Source: an uncultured Ruminococcus sp.
GTDB taxonomy: Bacteria; Bacillota; Clostridia; Oscillospirales; CAG-272
Length of the DNA stretch: 64,000 nt
NCBI GenBank assembly: GCA_902778145.1
Contig: CACYWW010000022.1
Location: 42,273 to 106,272, forward strand
Direction of reading: 5' to 3'
Below the pieces are notes generated by a model that was not told the origin of the DNA, made no database searches, and worked only from the letters and a program-made list of their open reading frames with translations. A program made the translations under genes and the position numbers. Positions 28,093-37,353 of the stretch are shown here, piece after piece. Positions within the stretch are counted from its first letter, which is position 1; each line of letters starts with the position of its first letter.

Positions 28093-28935
28093 TCATTCTC
28101 CGTAGAATACGCCGTCGCTCACGCGCACGGCCTCACCCGTCATGACAACGGTGTCCTTCGTGTATACGATAGTCAGCACCCCGCCTCTGAGTATCACGCG
28201 CACGGGCTGCCCCTCACGGAACAAGCCGAGCCTGACCGAGGCAGCTACCGCGGCGCAGGCGCCGGTGCCGCAGGCGAACGTCTCGCCCGAGCCGCGCTCC
28301 CACACACGCATCAGAAGCGTGTTTTCGTCAAGCTTCTTCACAAATTCGGTATTGACGCCCTCCGGGAAAAGCGGATCGTGCTCGAAGCGCGGACCGATCG
28401 CAGGCAGATCGAGCGAATACGGATCGTCGCAGAATACGACGCAATGCGGATTTCCCATTGAAACGAGGCTGACGCGCCTCTCCTCTCCCGCGACCGTGAC
28501 CGTTTTTCCGATACATTCGCCTGTAAGCCGCGCGGGGATCCTTTCGCAGTCGAACACCGCGGCTCCCATATCGACGGAGGCGTCCGTCGCGCGCCCGTCC
28601 TCAACTTCCATTTCAAGATTTTTTATGCCGGACAGCGTTTCAACGCTTATACTCTTGCTTTTTACCGCGCCCGTGTCGTACAGGTATTTGCCGACGCAGC
28701 GTATCGCGTTGCCGCACATCTTCCCTTCGCTTCCGTCCGCGTTGTACATGCGCATGAACGCGTCGGCGTTATCGGAGCGGCAGATCAGCACCAGCCCGTC
28801 GCCCCCGACGCCCTTGTGTCTGTCCGAGATCTTCACGGCAAGCGCTCCGGGATCGGACGGGACCGAGCCGTCAAGGCAGTCCACGTAAACGTAATCGTTG
28901 CCGCAGCCGTGCATCTTCGTGTATTTTATCATCAT
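28093..28935 (-). CDS. dapF: Diaminopimelate epimerase
   Basis: 280 aa. KMHGCGNDYVYVD, with catalytic Cys motifs CGNAIRC and ACGTGA. Confidence 0.95.
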   Translation of the reverse strand: MMIKYTKMHGCGNDYVYVDCLDGSVPSDPGALAVKISDRHKGVGGDGLVLICRSDNADAFMRMYNADGSEGKMCGNAIRCVGKYLYDTGAVKSKSISVETLSGIKNLEMEVEDGRATDASVDMGAAVFDCERIPARLTGECIGKTVTVAGEERRVSLVSMGNPHCVVFCDDPYSLDLPAIGPRFEHDPLFPEGVNTEFVKKLDENTLLMRVWERGSGETFACGTGACAAVAASVRLGLFREGQPVRVILRGGVLTIVYTKDTVVMTGEAVRVSDGVFYGE

Positions 28936-29684
28936 TTTTCTTCTTTTTTTCCGAATGACGCGAGCAGATCTCTCATATCGTACAGCCCCGCGGGCTTGTC
29001 CGCGATGAACGACGCCGCCCGCAGCGCGCCTTCCGCGAACAGCTCCCTTCCCTCGGAAACGTGCTTTATGCTCAGCCTCTCGCCGTGACCGAAGAATATG
29101 ACCTCGTGCTCGCCTATGTCCGTTCCGCCTCTGACGCTGTGGATGCCGATCTCGTTGTCGGGACGTCTTTCGGATCTTTGCGTCCTGTCCGTCACGTGAT
29201 CCATCGGGCCCTTCGCCTCCTCTACAGCGGACGCTATCATCAGCGCGGTACCGGACGGCGCGTCAAGCTTGTTCCTGTGATGTGTCTCGATTATCTCAAC
29301 GTCGAAATCGCCGAGCAGCGACGCCGCGGTCCCGGCAAGGCGGCACATGACGTTTACACCGAGACTCATGTTGCCTGATTTGAAGACGGCTATGCTTTTC
29401 GCCGCCTCGCTTATAGCTTCAAGCTCGGATCCCGTGTGTCCCGTCGTCGCTATGACGGCGGGGATGCCGTTCCTCACCGCATACTCGAGCACGGCGGCGG
29501 TGTAGTCATGCGACGAAAAATCGACAATAACGTCGCACTTTTCAAGCACGTATGATATATCGTTGTAAACGCCGTCGGATATGACGGTGTCGACTCTCGC
29601 CGTTATCTTATGTCCGCTGCCGCATGCCGCGGATACGGCGCGCCCCATCCTGCCGTTCGCGCCGACGAGAAGCAGTCTGATCAT
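28932..29684 (-). CDS. dapB: 4-hydroxy-tetrahydrodipicolinate reductase
   Basis: 250 aa. VGANGRMGR NAD motif and ETHHRNKLDAPSGTA signature. Confidence 0.95.
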   Translation of the reverse strand: MIRLLLVGANGRMGRAVSAACGSGHKITARVDTVISDGVYNDISYVLEKCDVIVDFSSHDYTAAVLEYAVRNGIPAVIATTGHTGSELEAISEAAKSIAVFKSGNMSLGVNVMCRLAGTAASLLGDFDVEIIETHHRNKLDAPSGTALMIASAVEEAKGPMDHVTDRTQRSERRPDNEIGIHSVRGGTDIGEHEVIFFGHGERLSIKHVSEGRELFAEGALRAASFIADKPAGLYDMRDLLASFGKKEEK

Positions 29685-30577
29685 ATAAGTCTCCCTTCAT
29701 AACGGTCGAGGACCGCCCTGAGCTTTTCGTTTTCAGTCTCCGACATCGTGCAGAGCGGGAGTCTGAGCTCGTCCGTGCATTTGCCCAGCATCGACATGGC
29801 GGTCTTGACAGGTATCGGGTTGACCGTCATGAAAAGCGCGTTTATCAGATCGAGGTACCCGAGCTGCAGCTCCGCCCCGCGGCTGAAGTCTCCGTCAAGA
29901 CACGCCTTCGCCATTTCGTGCGTCATCTTCGGCGCTACGTTGCCCATAACGGATATGACGCCCTTGGCGCCGAGACTCATCATCGGAACGATCTGGTCGT
30001 CGTTGCCGGAATAAATATCGATCGTATCACCCACGGCGCGGCAGAGCTTGACGATGAACGAGAGATCCCCGCTCGCCTCCTTCGCGGCGACGATGTTCGG
30101 ATGCTGCGCAAGCTCCTTATACGCGTCGATCCCTATCCCGCAGCCCGTGCGTGACGGGATGTTGTAGAGGATCACCGGGCGCGTCACGTTGTCAGCTATC
30201 TTTGAAAAGTATTTGACGAGCCCGGTCTGCGACGCTTTGTTATAATAAGGCGTCACGTGGAGGAGCGCGTCGGCGCCGACCTCGCAGGCGTGAAGCGACA
30301 GGTCGACCGCGTACGCGTAATCATTGGAACCCGTGCCGGCTATGACCGGCACGCGTTTGGCCGTTCTTTTCACGGTATAGGCGATCACTTCCCTGTGCTC
30401 CTCGTCGGTGAGGGTGGAAGCCTCGCCGGTCGTACCGCAAACGACAAGCGCGTCGATGCCCGACGCTATCTGTTCGTCAATGATGTCCCCGAGCGCGTCA
30501 TAATCGACGTGACCGTCACGGAACGGTGTGATCACGGCTGTCGCCGCGCCGGTAAATACGGGCTCTTTTCCTTTCAT
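29681..30577 (-). CDS. dapA: 4-hydroxy-tetrahydrodipicolinate synthase
   Basis: The track ORF extends to 30763, but the N-terminal 62 residues run through an AT-rich promoter region. The start MKGKEPVFTGAATAVITPF at 30577 has a GAGG RBS. GTTGE motif present. Confidence 0.93.
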   Translation of the reverse strand: MKGKEPVFTGAATAVITPFRDGHVDYDALGDIIDEQIASGIDALVVCGTTGEASTLTDEEHREVIAYTVKRTAKRVPVIAGTGSNDYAYAVDLSLHACEVGADALLHVTPYYNKASQTGLVKYFSKIADNVTRPVILYNIPSRTGCGIGIDAYKELAQHPNIVAAKEASGDLSFIVKLCRAVGDTIDIYSGNDDQIVPMMSLGAKGVISVMGNVAPKMTHEMAKACLDGDFSRGAELQLGYLDLINALFMTVNPIPVKTAMSMLGKCTDELRLPLCTMSETENEKLRAVLDRYEGRLI

Positions 30578-30616
30578 ATCATTACCTCGGAAATAAAAAA
30601 TTTGACTATAATGTGT

Positions 30617-30645
30617 ATTATATACTATCTTTTTAAAAAAAGCAA
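30617..30645 (-). promoter_or_regulatory. Sigma-A promoter for the dapA-to-leuS gene block (TTGCTT-17 nt-TATAAT)
   Basis: The minus strand reads ttgctt tttttaaaaagatagta tataat, about 40 nt upstream of the dapA ATG. Confidence 0.55.
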
Positions 30646-30728
30646 GCACGGAGCGGCTCAAATAATGAAAATTTTGTTGCACCGGTATTGATTTTTTTGT
30701 GCGTTTCGTCCAAAACGGCAAAAAAGCC

Positions 30729-30757
30729 TTGACAAGCGGAAAAATGTGTGTTATACT
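30729..30757 (+). promoter_or_regulatory. Sigma-A promoter for the valS leader (TTGACA-17 nt-TATACT)
   Basis: ttgaca agcggaaaaatgtgtgt tatact. Confidence 0.65.
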
Positions 30758-30764
30758 GATCAAA

Positions 30765-30992
30765 ATGCAACGATGGAAACAAAGACCCGTAAAGCCTCAT
30801 TCAGAGAGACGCGCCGCGGCTGGAAGCGCGTTATGAGGCAGGCGTCCCGTCATTCCGGAGCAGCGCATGCGAACACGTGAGTCTGTAGTGTGCGACGGTA
30901 CTCCCCGTCAGGAGAAACGAGGCGCGGGCGACCGCGCGAATTCAGGTGGTACCACGGTTTCCCCGTCCTGATGCGGACGGGGGATTTTTATT
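30765..30992 (+). promoter_or_regulatory. T-box leader (tRNA-sensing riboswitch) controlling valS
   Basis: Stem I elements cAGAGAg and GGCUGGAAGC. T-box sequence aattcaGGTGGTACCACGG at 30938-30957. Terminator ccccgtcc-tgatgc-ggacgggg followed by a T run at 30961-30990. A GUC (Val) triplet in ggcGTCc is a candidate specifier (inference). Confidence 0.85.
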
Positions 30993-31008
30993 TGAAAAGG
31001 AGATGCAA

Positions 31009-33636
31009 ATGAGAGAGCTTGCCAAGAATTTCGATCCGCAATCGGTAGAAAAGCGGATATACTCAAACTGGCGTGAAAAAGGATATTTCAAGCCGTCGGA
31101 CGACAGGGAAAAGGAGACGTTCACCATAGTCATCCCACCTCCCAACGTCACGGGTCAGCTCCATATGGGTCACGCCCTCGACGAAACGCTTCAGGACATC
31201 CTCATCAGGTACAAGAGGATGAAGGGATACGCCGCGCTGTGGGTCCCGGGGACCGACCACGCCGGCATCGCGACGCAGATAAAGGTCGAGGAGAACCTCC
31301 GGGTAAACGAGGGATTGACGAGATACGACCTCGGACGCGACAAATTCCTTGAACGCGTCTGGGCGTGGAAGAACAAATTCGGCTCACGTATAATAGAACA
31401 GCTCGAAACGCTCGGCTCCTCCTGCGACTGGGACAGGCTCCGTTTCACGATGGACGACGGGCTTTCCCGCGCCGTCCGCGAGGTGTTCAACAATCTTTAT
31501 GAAAAAGGTCTGATCTACAGGGGCTACCGTATAATCAACTGGTGCCCGCACTGCAGAACGGCTCTGTCCGACGCCGAGGTGGAATACGCGGAGGAAGCGG
31601 GCCACTTCTGGCACATCAGATATCCGGTCAAGGGCAGTGACGAATACGTCACCGTCGCCACCACGCGCCCGGAGACCATGCTCGGCGACACGGCCGTCGC
31701 CGTCAACCCGGCGGACGAAAGGTATACGCACCTCGTCGGCAAGACTCTGATCCTGCCGCTCGTCGGGCGTGAGATACCCGTCGTCGCCGACGATTACGTC
31801 GACCTTGATTTCGGTACCGGCTGCGTGAAGATCACGCCGGCACACGACCCGAACGACTTCATGGTCGGTCAGCGCCATGACCTGCCCGTCATCCGCGTGA
31901 TGAACGACGACGCGACGATCAACGCCGAAGGCGGCAAATACGAGGGCATGGACCGCTACGAATGCAGGAAAGCGATCCTCTCCGATCTTGAGGCGGGCGG
32001 ATATCTCGTCAAGACAGAGGAACACGTCCACAACGTAGGCAAATGCTACCGCTGCGGCACGACCGTCGAGCCGCTGACGTCCGATCAGTGGTTCGTGAAG
32101 ATGGGCCCGATGATACAGCCCGCGATCGACGCCGTGAAGGAGGGCAGGATAAAATTCGTGCCCGAGCGCTTCACGAAGACGTATATAAACTGGATGGAAA
32201 ACCTGCACGACTGGTGCATCAGCCGTCAGCTATGGTGGGGTCACAGGATCCCGGCGTTCTACTGCGACAGCTGCGGCGAAATGACCGTTTCCCGCACGGA
32301 TATAACGGTCTGCCCGCACTGCGGCGCGCCCGTCCGTCAGGATGAGGACGTGCTTGACACGTGGTTCTCCTCCGCTCTCTGGCCGTTCTCGACGCTCGGC
32401 TGGCCCGAAAACACCGAGGATCTGAAACGCTTCTTCCCGACCGACGTTCTCGTCACCGGCTACGATATAATCTCGTTCTGGGTATCGAGGATGATATTCT
32501 CGTCGATCGAACAGACCGGCGAGGCGCCGTTCTCTACCGTGTTCATCCACGGACTCGTCCGTGACGCGCAGGGGCGCAAGATGTCGAAATCCCTCGGCAA
32601 CGGCATCGATCCGATAGAGATCATAGACAAATACGGCGCGGACGCTCTCCGCTTCGCTCTGGCGACCGGCAACTCGCCCGGAAACGACATGAGATTCTCC
32701 GACGAAAAGATAGAAGCCGCGAGAAACTTCACGAACAAGATCTGGAACGCCGCGAGATTCGTCCTCATGAATCTGACGACGGAGGATCTTACGCTTCCCG
32801 GAACGGATAAGCTGCATGTTGAGGATAAATGGATACTCTCCGTTTACAACCGCACCGTATCGGAGGTCAGCGCGAATATCGACAAATTCGAGGTCGGCGT
32901 GGCGCTGTCCAAGCTTTACGACTTCGTATGGGATATATTCTGCGACTGGTACATCGAGCTCATCAAGCCGAGGCTTCTTTCAGACAACAAAGAAGACAGC
33001 GAAAACGCCCAGCGCGTGATACTGTACGTGCTCACCGGCACTCTGAAGATGCTCCATCCCTATATGCCGTTCGTCACCGAGGAGCTTTATCAGGCGCTCC
33101 CGCACGACGCCGAAAGCATCATGATCTCAAAATACCCCGAGCCCTGCGGCGCTCTCTGCTTCCCGGATGACGAGGCTCATATGGCGGCTGTCATCGAGGC
33201 TGTCCGCGCGATCAGGAACAGACGCGCCGAAATGAACGTCGCGCCGTCAAAAAAGGCGTCCGTATATATCGTAACGGAAAACAAGGATGCTTTCAACGAC
33301 CTGACTTCGGTATTCTTCAGAAAGCTCGCGTCCGCGTCGGACGTGACCGTCTGCGACGCATACTCCGAGGAGAACGCCGTCAGCATCATCACTCCCGCCG
33401 CGAGGATATATATCCCGCTCGGAGAGCTTGTCGATATGGAAGCCGAACGCAAGCGCCTTGAAAAGGAAGCCGAAAAGGTCGGCGCTGAGATAGAGCGCGT
33501 GTCAAAGAAGCTCTCGAACGAGGGCTTCGTCTCCAAGGCTCCCGCCGCCGTCATCGAAGGCGAACGCAAAAAACTTGACGCGTATAAGGAAAAGCTCGCG
33601 GGTATCGAAGAAACACTGAAGAAAATGCAGAATTAA
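31009..33636 (+). CDS. valS: Valine--tRNA ligase
   Basis: The track start at 30946 lies inside the T-box terminator. The ATG at 31009 ([10 protein letters not shown]) follows [20 protein letters not shown] and KMSKS motifs, with a C-terminal coiled coil. Confidence 0.96.
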   Translation: MRELAKNFDPQSVEKRIYSNWREKGYFKPSDDREKETFTIVIPPPNVTGQLHMGHALDETLQDILIRYKRMKGYAALWVPGTDHAGIATQIKVEENLRVNEGLTRYDLGRDKFLERVWAWKNKFGSRIIEQLETLGSSCDWDRLRFTMDDGLSRAVREVFNNLYEKGLIYRGYRIINWCPHCRTALSDAEVEYAEEAGHFWHIRYPVKGSDEYVTVATTRPETMLGDTAVAVNPADERYTHLVGKTLILPLVGREIPVVADDYVDLDFGTGCVKITPAHDPNDFMVGQRHDLPVIRVMNDDATINAEGGKYEGMDRYECRKAILSDLEAGGYLVKTEEHVHNVGKCYRCGTTVEPLTSDQWFVKMGPMIQPAIDAVKEGRIKFVPERFTKTYINWMENLHDWCISRQLWWGHRIPAFYCDSCGEMTVSRTDITVCPHCGAPVRQDEDVLDTWFSSALWPFSTLGWPENTEDLKRFFPTDVLVTGYDIISFWVSRMIFSSIEQTGEAPFSTVFIHGLVRDAQGRKMSKSLGNGIDPIEIIDKYGADALRFALATGNSPGNDMRFSDEKIEAARNFTNKIWNAARFVLMNLTTEDLTLPGTDKLHVEDKWILSVYNRTVSEVSANIDKFEVGVALSKLYDFVWDIFCDWYIELIKPRLLSDNKEDSENAQRVILYVLTGTLKMLHPYMPFVTEELYQALPHDAESIMISKYPEPCGALCFPDDEAHMAAVIEAVRAIRNRRAEMNVAPSKKASVYIVTENKDAFNDLTSVFFRKLASASDVTVCDAYSEENAVSIITPAARIYIPLGELVDMEAERKRLEKEAEKVGAEIERVSKKLSNEGFVSKAPAAVIEGERKKLDAYKEKLAGIEETLKKMQN

Positions 33637-33659
33637 GAATGGAAAACGGAACAACGCGG

Positions 33660-34077
33660 GTCATCCCGAGCGAAAGCGTAGGATCTCTTCTGAATTCAGG
33701 CGCACAGTGATCAACGAAAAGCGATCAACGGGGCGGCAGACGGAAGTCTGTCGCCTCGATTTTTCGTGCTCTGCAGCCTCAACGCCGGGGGAGCCCTACC
33801 CCTCAAACTTCCGGCTTGCGGTGCCCAAAAAATCCGCGCCGGGCAGAGCCCGACTTGATTTTTTGACCGCTGCACGAAACGGGATTTGCTTTATCCGCCC
33901 CCGGCGGCGCAAATCCCGTTTCCCCCCTATCCCCTCCCTCAACTCCGGAGAGAGTTGAGGGGCGCGTTAAACCTTCCCCCGTTGGGGAAGGGGGACCACG
34001 AAGTGGTGGATGAGGCGAACACCATACAACGGCGTGCAATGATGCCGAATGAGATCCTTCGCTCCGCTCAGACTGAC
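33660..34077. repeat. Hairpin-rich non-coding segment bounded by imperfect ~27-nt inverted repeats (MITE-like or clustered palindromes)
   Basis: The left end gtcatcccgagcgaaagcgtaggatctc compares with the reverse complement of the right end gagatccttcgctccgctcagactgac, roughly 3/4 identical by eye. Internal stems: cgaaacgggatttgc/gcaaatcccgtttc, ccctcaactc/gagttgaggg, ccttcccc/ggggaagg, ccac-gaag-tggtgg, caaaaaatc/gattttttg. Confidence 0.6.
33732..33764 (+). terminator. Candidate rho-independent terminator of valS
   Basis: ggcggcagac ggaa gtctgtcgcc, followed by tcgattttt. Confidence 0.5.
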
Positions 34078-34192
34078 AGAGTACTTATCATTCTGCATTC
34101 GTAATTCATAATTTATCATTCCGACTGAACTCCCTCCGTCACGGCAAAGCCGCGCCGAGGAATGTTTTCAGCGTCATGTTTTCAAAAAAATT

Positions 34193-34221
34193 AACAAAGG
34201 TCTTTACAAACAGGAAAATAT
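34193..34221 (+). promoter_or_regulatory. Sigma-A promoter (TTTACA-17 nt-TAAAAT, TGG extended -10)
   Basis: tttaca aacaggaaaatatatgg taaaat, 26 nt upstream of the PHP gene ATG. Confidence 0.6.
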
Positions 34222-34246
34222 ATGGTAAAATAATGCAAAGGCGGAT

Positions 34247-35050
34247 TTGGATATGGACATAAGATCTGATTTTCACACTCACACTAACCTGTCGTCGTGC
34301 GCTCCAGCCGATACGACTGTGCAGGCTCTTCTTGACGGTCTCTGCGCGGGGCCGGACGGTCTTCGCGTGCTCGGGATATCGAACCATCTCTGGGACCGGG
34401 ACGTGCCCGGGGCGAGCGCGTGGTATAAGCCGCAGGACGTGGCTCACGTTCTTTCGGTCAGAGAGCAGCTTAAGGACGCCGACACTCACGGCGCGCGTGT
34501 TATCGTCGGCGCCGAGGTCGAGTTTTCCTCGGATCTTCGCGTTGCGATCACGGAGGAGCACGCCGCGCTGTTCGACTATCTTCTCATAACAGCGAACCAT
34601 GTCCATATGAAGGACTTCATAATCCCCGCGTCGGTTACCGACCCGTACGAGGTCGCCGACATCATCGTGACGCGCTTCAAGGCGGCGGCAAAGGTCAGAC
34701 TGCCCGTCAGATGCGGGATCGCCCATCCGTTCTATCCAATGTCGTTCGGACGTGACGAAATGACGATACTCGGCAGCATATCCGATCAAACGTACGGCGA
34801 ATGCTTTGAGCTCGCGGTTGAAAACGGGAAATCGATAGAGATACATTCTTCCGCTTTCGGCGCTCATCTGCCGCTGAACGAAGCCGGTTTCTGTGACGAA
34901 TACGTGCGCATGCTCCGGATAGCCCGCGAATGCGGCTGCACGTTCCATATAGGCTCCGACGTACACCGTCCCGCTCCGGAGAGGGGGATCAGGCTCCGCG
35001 GCCTTGTAAAATATCTCGGACTTGCGGAATACGATCTTACGGATTTTTGA
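34247..35050 (+). CDS. PHP-domain metal-dependent phosphoesterase
   Basis: 267 aa. N-terminal DFHTHTNLSSC. Further His/Asp motifs (ISNHLWD, ANHVHM, IAHPF, GSDVH). Preferred over the antisense 307-aa ORF. Confidence 0.8.
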   Translation: MDMDIRSDFHTHTNLSSCAPADTTVQALLDGLCAGPDGLRVLGISNHLWDRDVPGASAWYKPQDVAHVLSVREQLKDADTHGARVIVGAEVEFSSDLRVAITEEHAALFDYLLITANHVHMKDFIIPASVTDPYEVADIIVTRFKAAAKVRLPVRCGIAHPFYPMSFGRDEMTILGSISDQTYGECFELAVENGKSIEIHSSAFGAHLPLNEAGFCDEYVRMLRIARECGCTFHIGSDVHRPAPERGIRLRGLVKYLGLAEYDLTDF

Positions 35051-35051
35051 T

Positions 35052-36593
35052 ATGAAATACAACGATTATTCTTCTGTTATCGCGAGAGGCGAGCTCGGCG
35101 CCCGCTGTGCTCTGCTCTCGTCAAGGCTCGAGGCGCCGATCTACCGGCCCGACGTCATATACGGAATAGAATCAGCCGGCTGGCCCGGCGACTGGGAGGG
35201 CAGGACAATACTTGCGCTCACGTGTCTTTCCGACGTTACGAAGCGCGAGCCCTCATATCTCGACGAGATAGTCTCTCTTTTGCCGTCGCATTTGAACGGG
35301 CGCGGATATCTCGGGCCGATCTACGACGGGTATCTAAACGAGCAGCAGCTCTCCGGTCATTCATGGCTTTTGCGCGGGCTCTGCGAATACTTCAAATACA
35401 GAAAACACGAATACGTACTGCCGCTCATAGACGGCATCGTGCGCGGGCTTTATCTTCCCGCCGCGGGCAAATACGCCTCTTATCCGACACTGCCGGAACA
35501 GAGGGCGGAAGGCGGCGGGATGAGCGGAAGCAACGCCGGCACGGTCGGCATCTGGATGATATCGACCGACACGGGCTGCGCCTATATGCCTCTCGACGGG
35601 CTGACGCAGGCTTACGAGATCCTGCGGGAGCATATGCCGGACAGCCGTCGCGACGAGGCGCTCGCCTCGCTCATCGACGAGATGCTTTCGGAATTCTTCC
35701 GGATCCCGTTCCTTGAGATCCGGATGCAGACGCACGCGACGCTTTCCGGCTGCCGCGGCGCCCTCCGCAGATACGCTCAGACCGGGAACGAGGATCTGCT
35801 CGCGTCTGTCAGACGCGTTTTCAAACTTTACGAAGAGCACGGCATGACGCCGACTTACGCAAACGACAACTGGTTCAAAAGACCCGAATGGACCGAGCCC
35901 TGCGCGATAATCGACTCTTACATGGTCGCCTCTCAACTCTTCGCGCTGACGGAGGATCCGCATTACGGCGAGCTTTCGCTTCTGATACTGAAAAACGGCG
36001 TCCTCCACGCGCAGCGCCCGAACGGCGGCTTCGGCTGCGACAGCTGCGCTGTCGACGGCACGCTTTCCATGCACTGCTACGAGGCTTACTGGTGCTGTAC
36101 GATGCGCGGCGGAGAGGGACTTGCCGCCGCCGCGTCATACGCCGTGACGGAAGACGGCGTGATCGTCGATCCCGTCAGCTGCGAATGCACAGTCAGGGGC
36201 AAGCGCCTGAAAATAACGTCGCACGGCTGTGAGTCCGACGTCGAATACGAGGGCGGCGGCAGATTATACCTGTTCGTCCCGCACTGGTACGCGTCGGTGA
36301 AATGCGAACACGTCGCCGGCTGCGACGAGCATTACGTATATATCGACGTCCCGCAAAGCGGACGGACGCATATCTCCGTTACGTACCGCTTGTGGGACAA
36401 CGGGCGGTCGGTGCTTGACGGTCCGTTCATCCTCGCCTCCGAAAAAGGCGCCGTGAAGTCTTCGGCGGACGATGTTTCAAAAACGAAGGAAGGGTACGAC
36501 GCCCGGGGCAACAAGCTGATAACGCTCGACAAAACGTATCTTCTGAGTGAAGCCGCGTTTGCCTCTCAGTCGCTTTTCGTGGATCTGATATGA
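35052..36593 (+). CDS. Hypothetical protein, possibly a GH127/GH146-like (DUF1680) glycoside hydrolase
   Basis: Start at MKYNDYSS, 1 nt after the PHP gene stop. The Cys motifs GFGCDSCAV and AYWCCTMRGGEG recall the Glu/Cys3 Zn site and Cys nucleophile (CCxxN region) of beta-L-arabinofuranosidases. The resemblance is weak and by eye only. Confidence 0.35.
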   Translation: MKYNDYSSVIARGELGARCALLSSRLEAPIYRPDVIYGIESAGWPGDWEGRTILALTCLSDVTKREPSYLDEIVSLLPSHLNGRGYLGPIYDGYLNEQQLSGHSWLLRGLCEYFKYRKHEYVLPLIDGIVRGLYLPAAGKYASYPTLPEQRAEGGGMSGSNAGTVGIWMISTDTGCAYMPLDGLTQAYEILREHMPDSRRDEALASLIDEMLSEFFRIPFLEIRMQTHATLSGCRGALRRYAQTGNEDLLASVRRVFKLYEEHGMTPTYANDNWFKRPEWTEPCAIIDSYMVASQLFALTEDPHYGELSLLILKNGVLHAQRPNGGFGCDSCAVDGTLSMHCYEAYWCCTMRGGEGLAAAASYAVTEDGVIVDPVSCECTVRGKRLKITSHGCESDVEYEGGGRLYLFVPHWYASVKCEHVAGCDEHYVYIDVPQSGRTHISVTYRLWDNGRSVLDGPFILASEKGAVKSSADDVSKTKEGYDARGNKLITLDKTYLLSEAAFASQSLFVDLI

Positions 36594-37318
36594 GGAGCGT
36601 ACTTATAACCGGCGCCTCGCGCGGGATAGGCGCGGCGGCGGCTGAGCTGTTCGCCGCAAACGGATACAACGTCATAATAAACTACAACAGGTCTGAGGAG
36701 AAGGCGCTTTCGCTCTGCGATAAGATCCGCGCGGCGGGCGGCGTTTGCTCCGCAGTGAAAGCCGACATCACCGACCGCGGCGAGGTGCGGCGCATGGTGT
36801 CTCTCGCCGTATACCGCGCGGGCGGCATCGACGTGCTCGTCAACAACGCCGGCGTCGATTTCTACGGCACGTTCGAGCAGACGGAGCCTGCGATATGGGA
36901 CGACGTGATACGCACGGATCTTACGGGCGCTTACAACGTCACGTACGCGGCGCTCCCGGAGATCAAGAATTCGCAAAGCGGACGAATCATAAACATATCG
37001 TCCGTCTGGGGGATACACGGCGCATCCTGCGAGGTGGCGTATTCCGCCGCCAAAGCGGGCATAATAGGCTTTACGAAAGCTCTCGCAAAAGAGCTCGGAC
37101 CGTCAGGGATAACGGTCAACTGCGTCGCGCCGGGTTACATCGATACCGAAATGAACGCGCGCTTCGACCCGGAGACGGTCCGCGATATAATAGACAGGAC
37201 TCCGCTTTCACGCACCGGAAGACCGGAAGAACCGGCGGCGGCGGCGCTGTGGCTCGCTTCTGAGCAGGCGTCGTTCATAACCGGTCAGGTCATCGGCGCG
37301 GACGGCGGATTCATGTGA
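36590..37318 (+). CDS. SDR-family oxidoreductase (FabG-like)
   Basis: 242 aa. ITGASRGIG, NNAG and YSAAK (YxxxK) motifs. 4-nt overlap with the upstream gene. Confidence 0.88.
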   Translation: MRSVLITGASRGIGAAAAELFAANGYNVIINYNRSEEKALSLCDKIRAAGGVCSAVKADITDRGEVRRMVSLAVYRAGGIDVLVNNAGVDFYGTFEQTEPAIWDDVIRTDLTGAYNVTYAALPEIKNSQSGRIINISSVWGIHGASCEVAYSAAKAGIIGFTKALAKELGPSGITVNCVAPGYIDTEMNARFDPETVRDIIDRTPLSRTGRPEEPAAAALWLASEQASFITGQVIGADGGFM

Positions 37319-37353
37319 TAAACAAAAAAAATATTTTCAAGGAGGAAGATCCA

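Noticed and set aside
30578-30763. 62-codon N-terminal extension of dapA
   Set aside because: It covers the AT-rich divergent promoter region, including a TTGCTT-17-TATAAT promoter. The internal ATG at 30577 has a GAGG RBS and the normal DapA N-terminus.
30946-31008. GTG-initiated N-terminal extension of valS given in the ORF track
   Set aside because: The extension runs through the T-box terminator hairpin and its T run. AAGGAG plus the ATG at 31003/31009 gives the canonical ValS N-terminus.
33707-34104. ORFs of 83, 78 and 72 aa in the valS-downstream region, or a known structured RNA (tmRNA, RNase P, SRP, 6S)
   Set aside because: The ORFs overlap on both strands and are Pro/Gly/Arg-rich. 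I could not find the conserved cores of tmRNA, RNase P (GAGGAAAGUCC) or SRP RNA. It is left as an unexplained hairpin-rich repeat.
34139-35062. 307-aa minus-strand ORF
   Set aside because: It overlaps the plus-strand PHP-domain gene completely. That gene has the DFHTHT metal motif, a promoter and operon context. The minus-strand product has no recognisable features.
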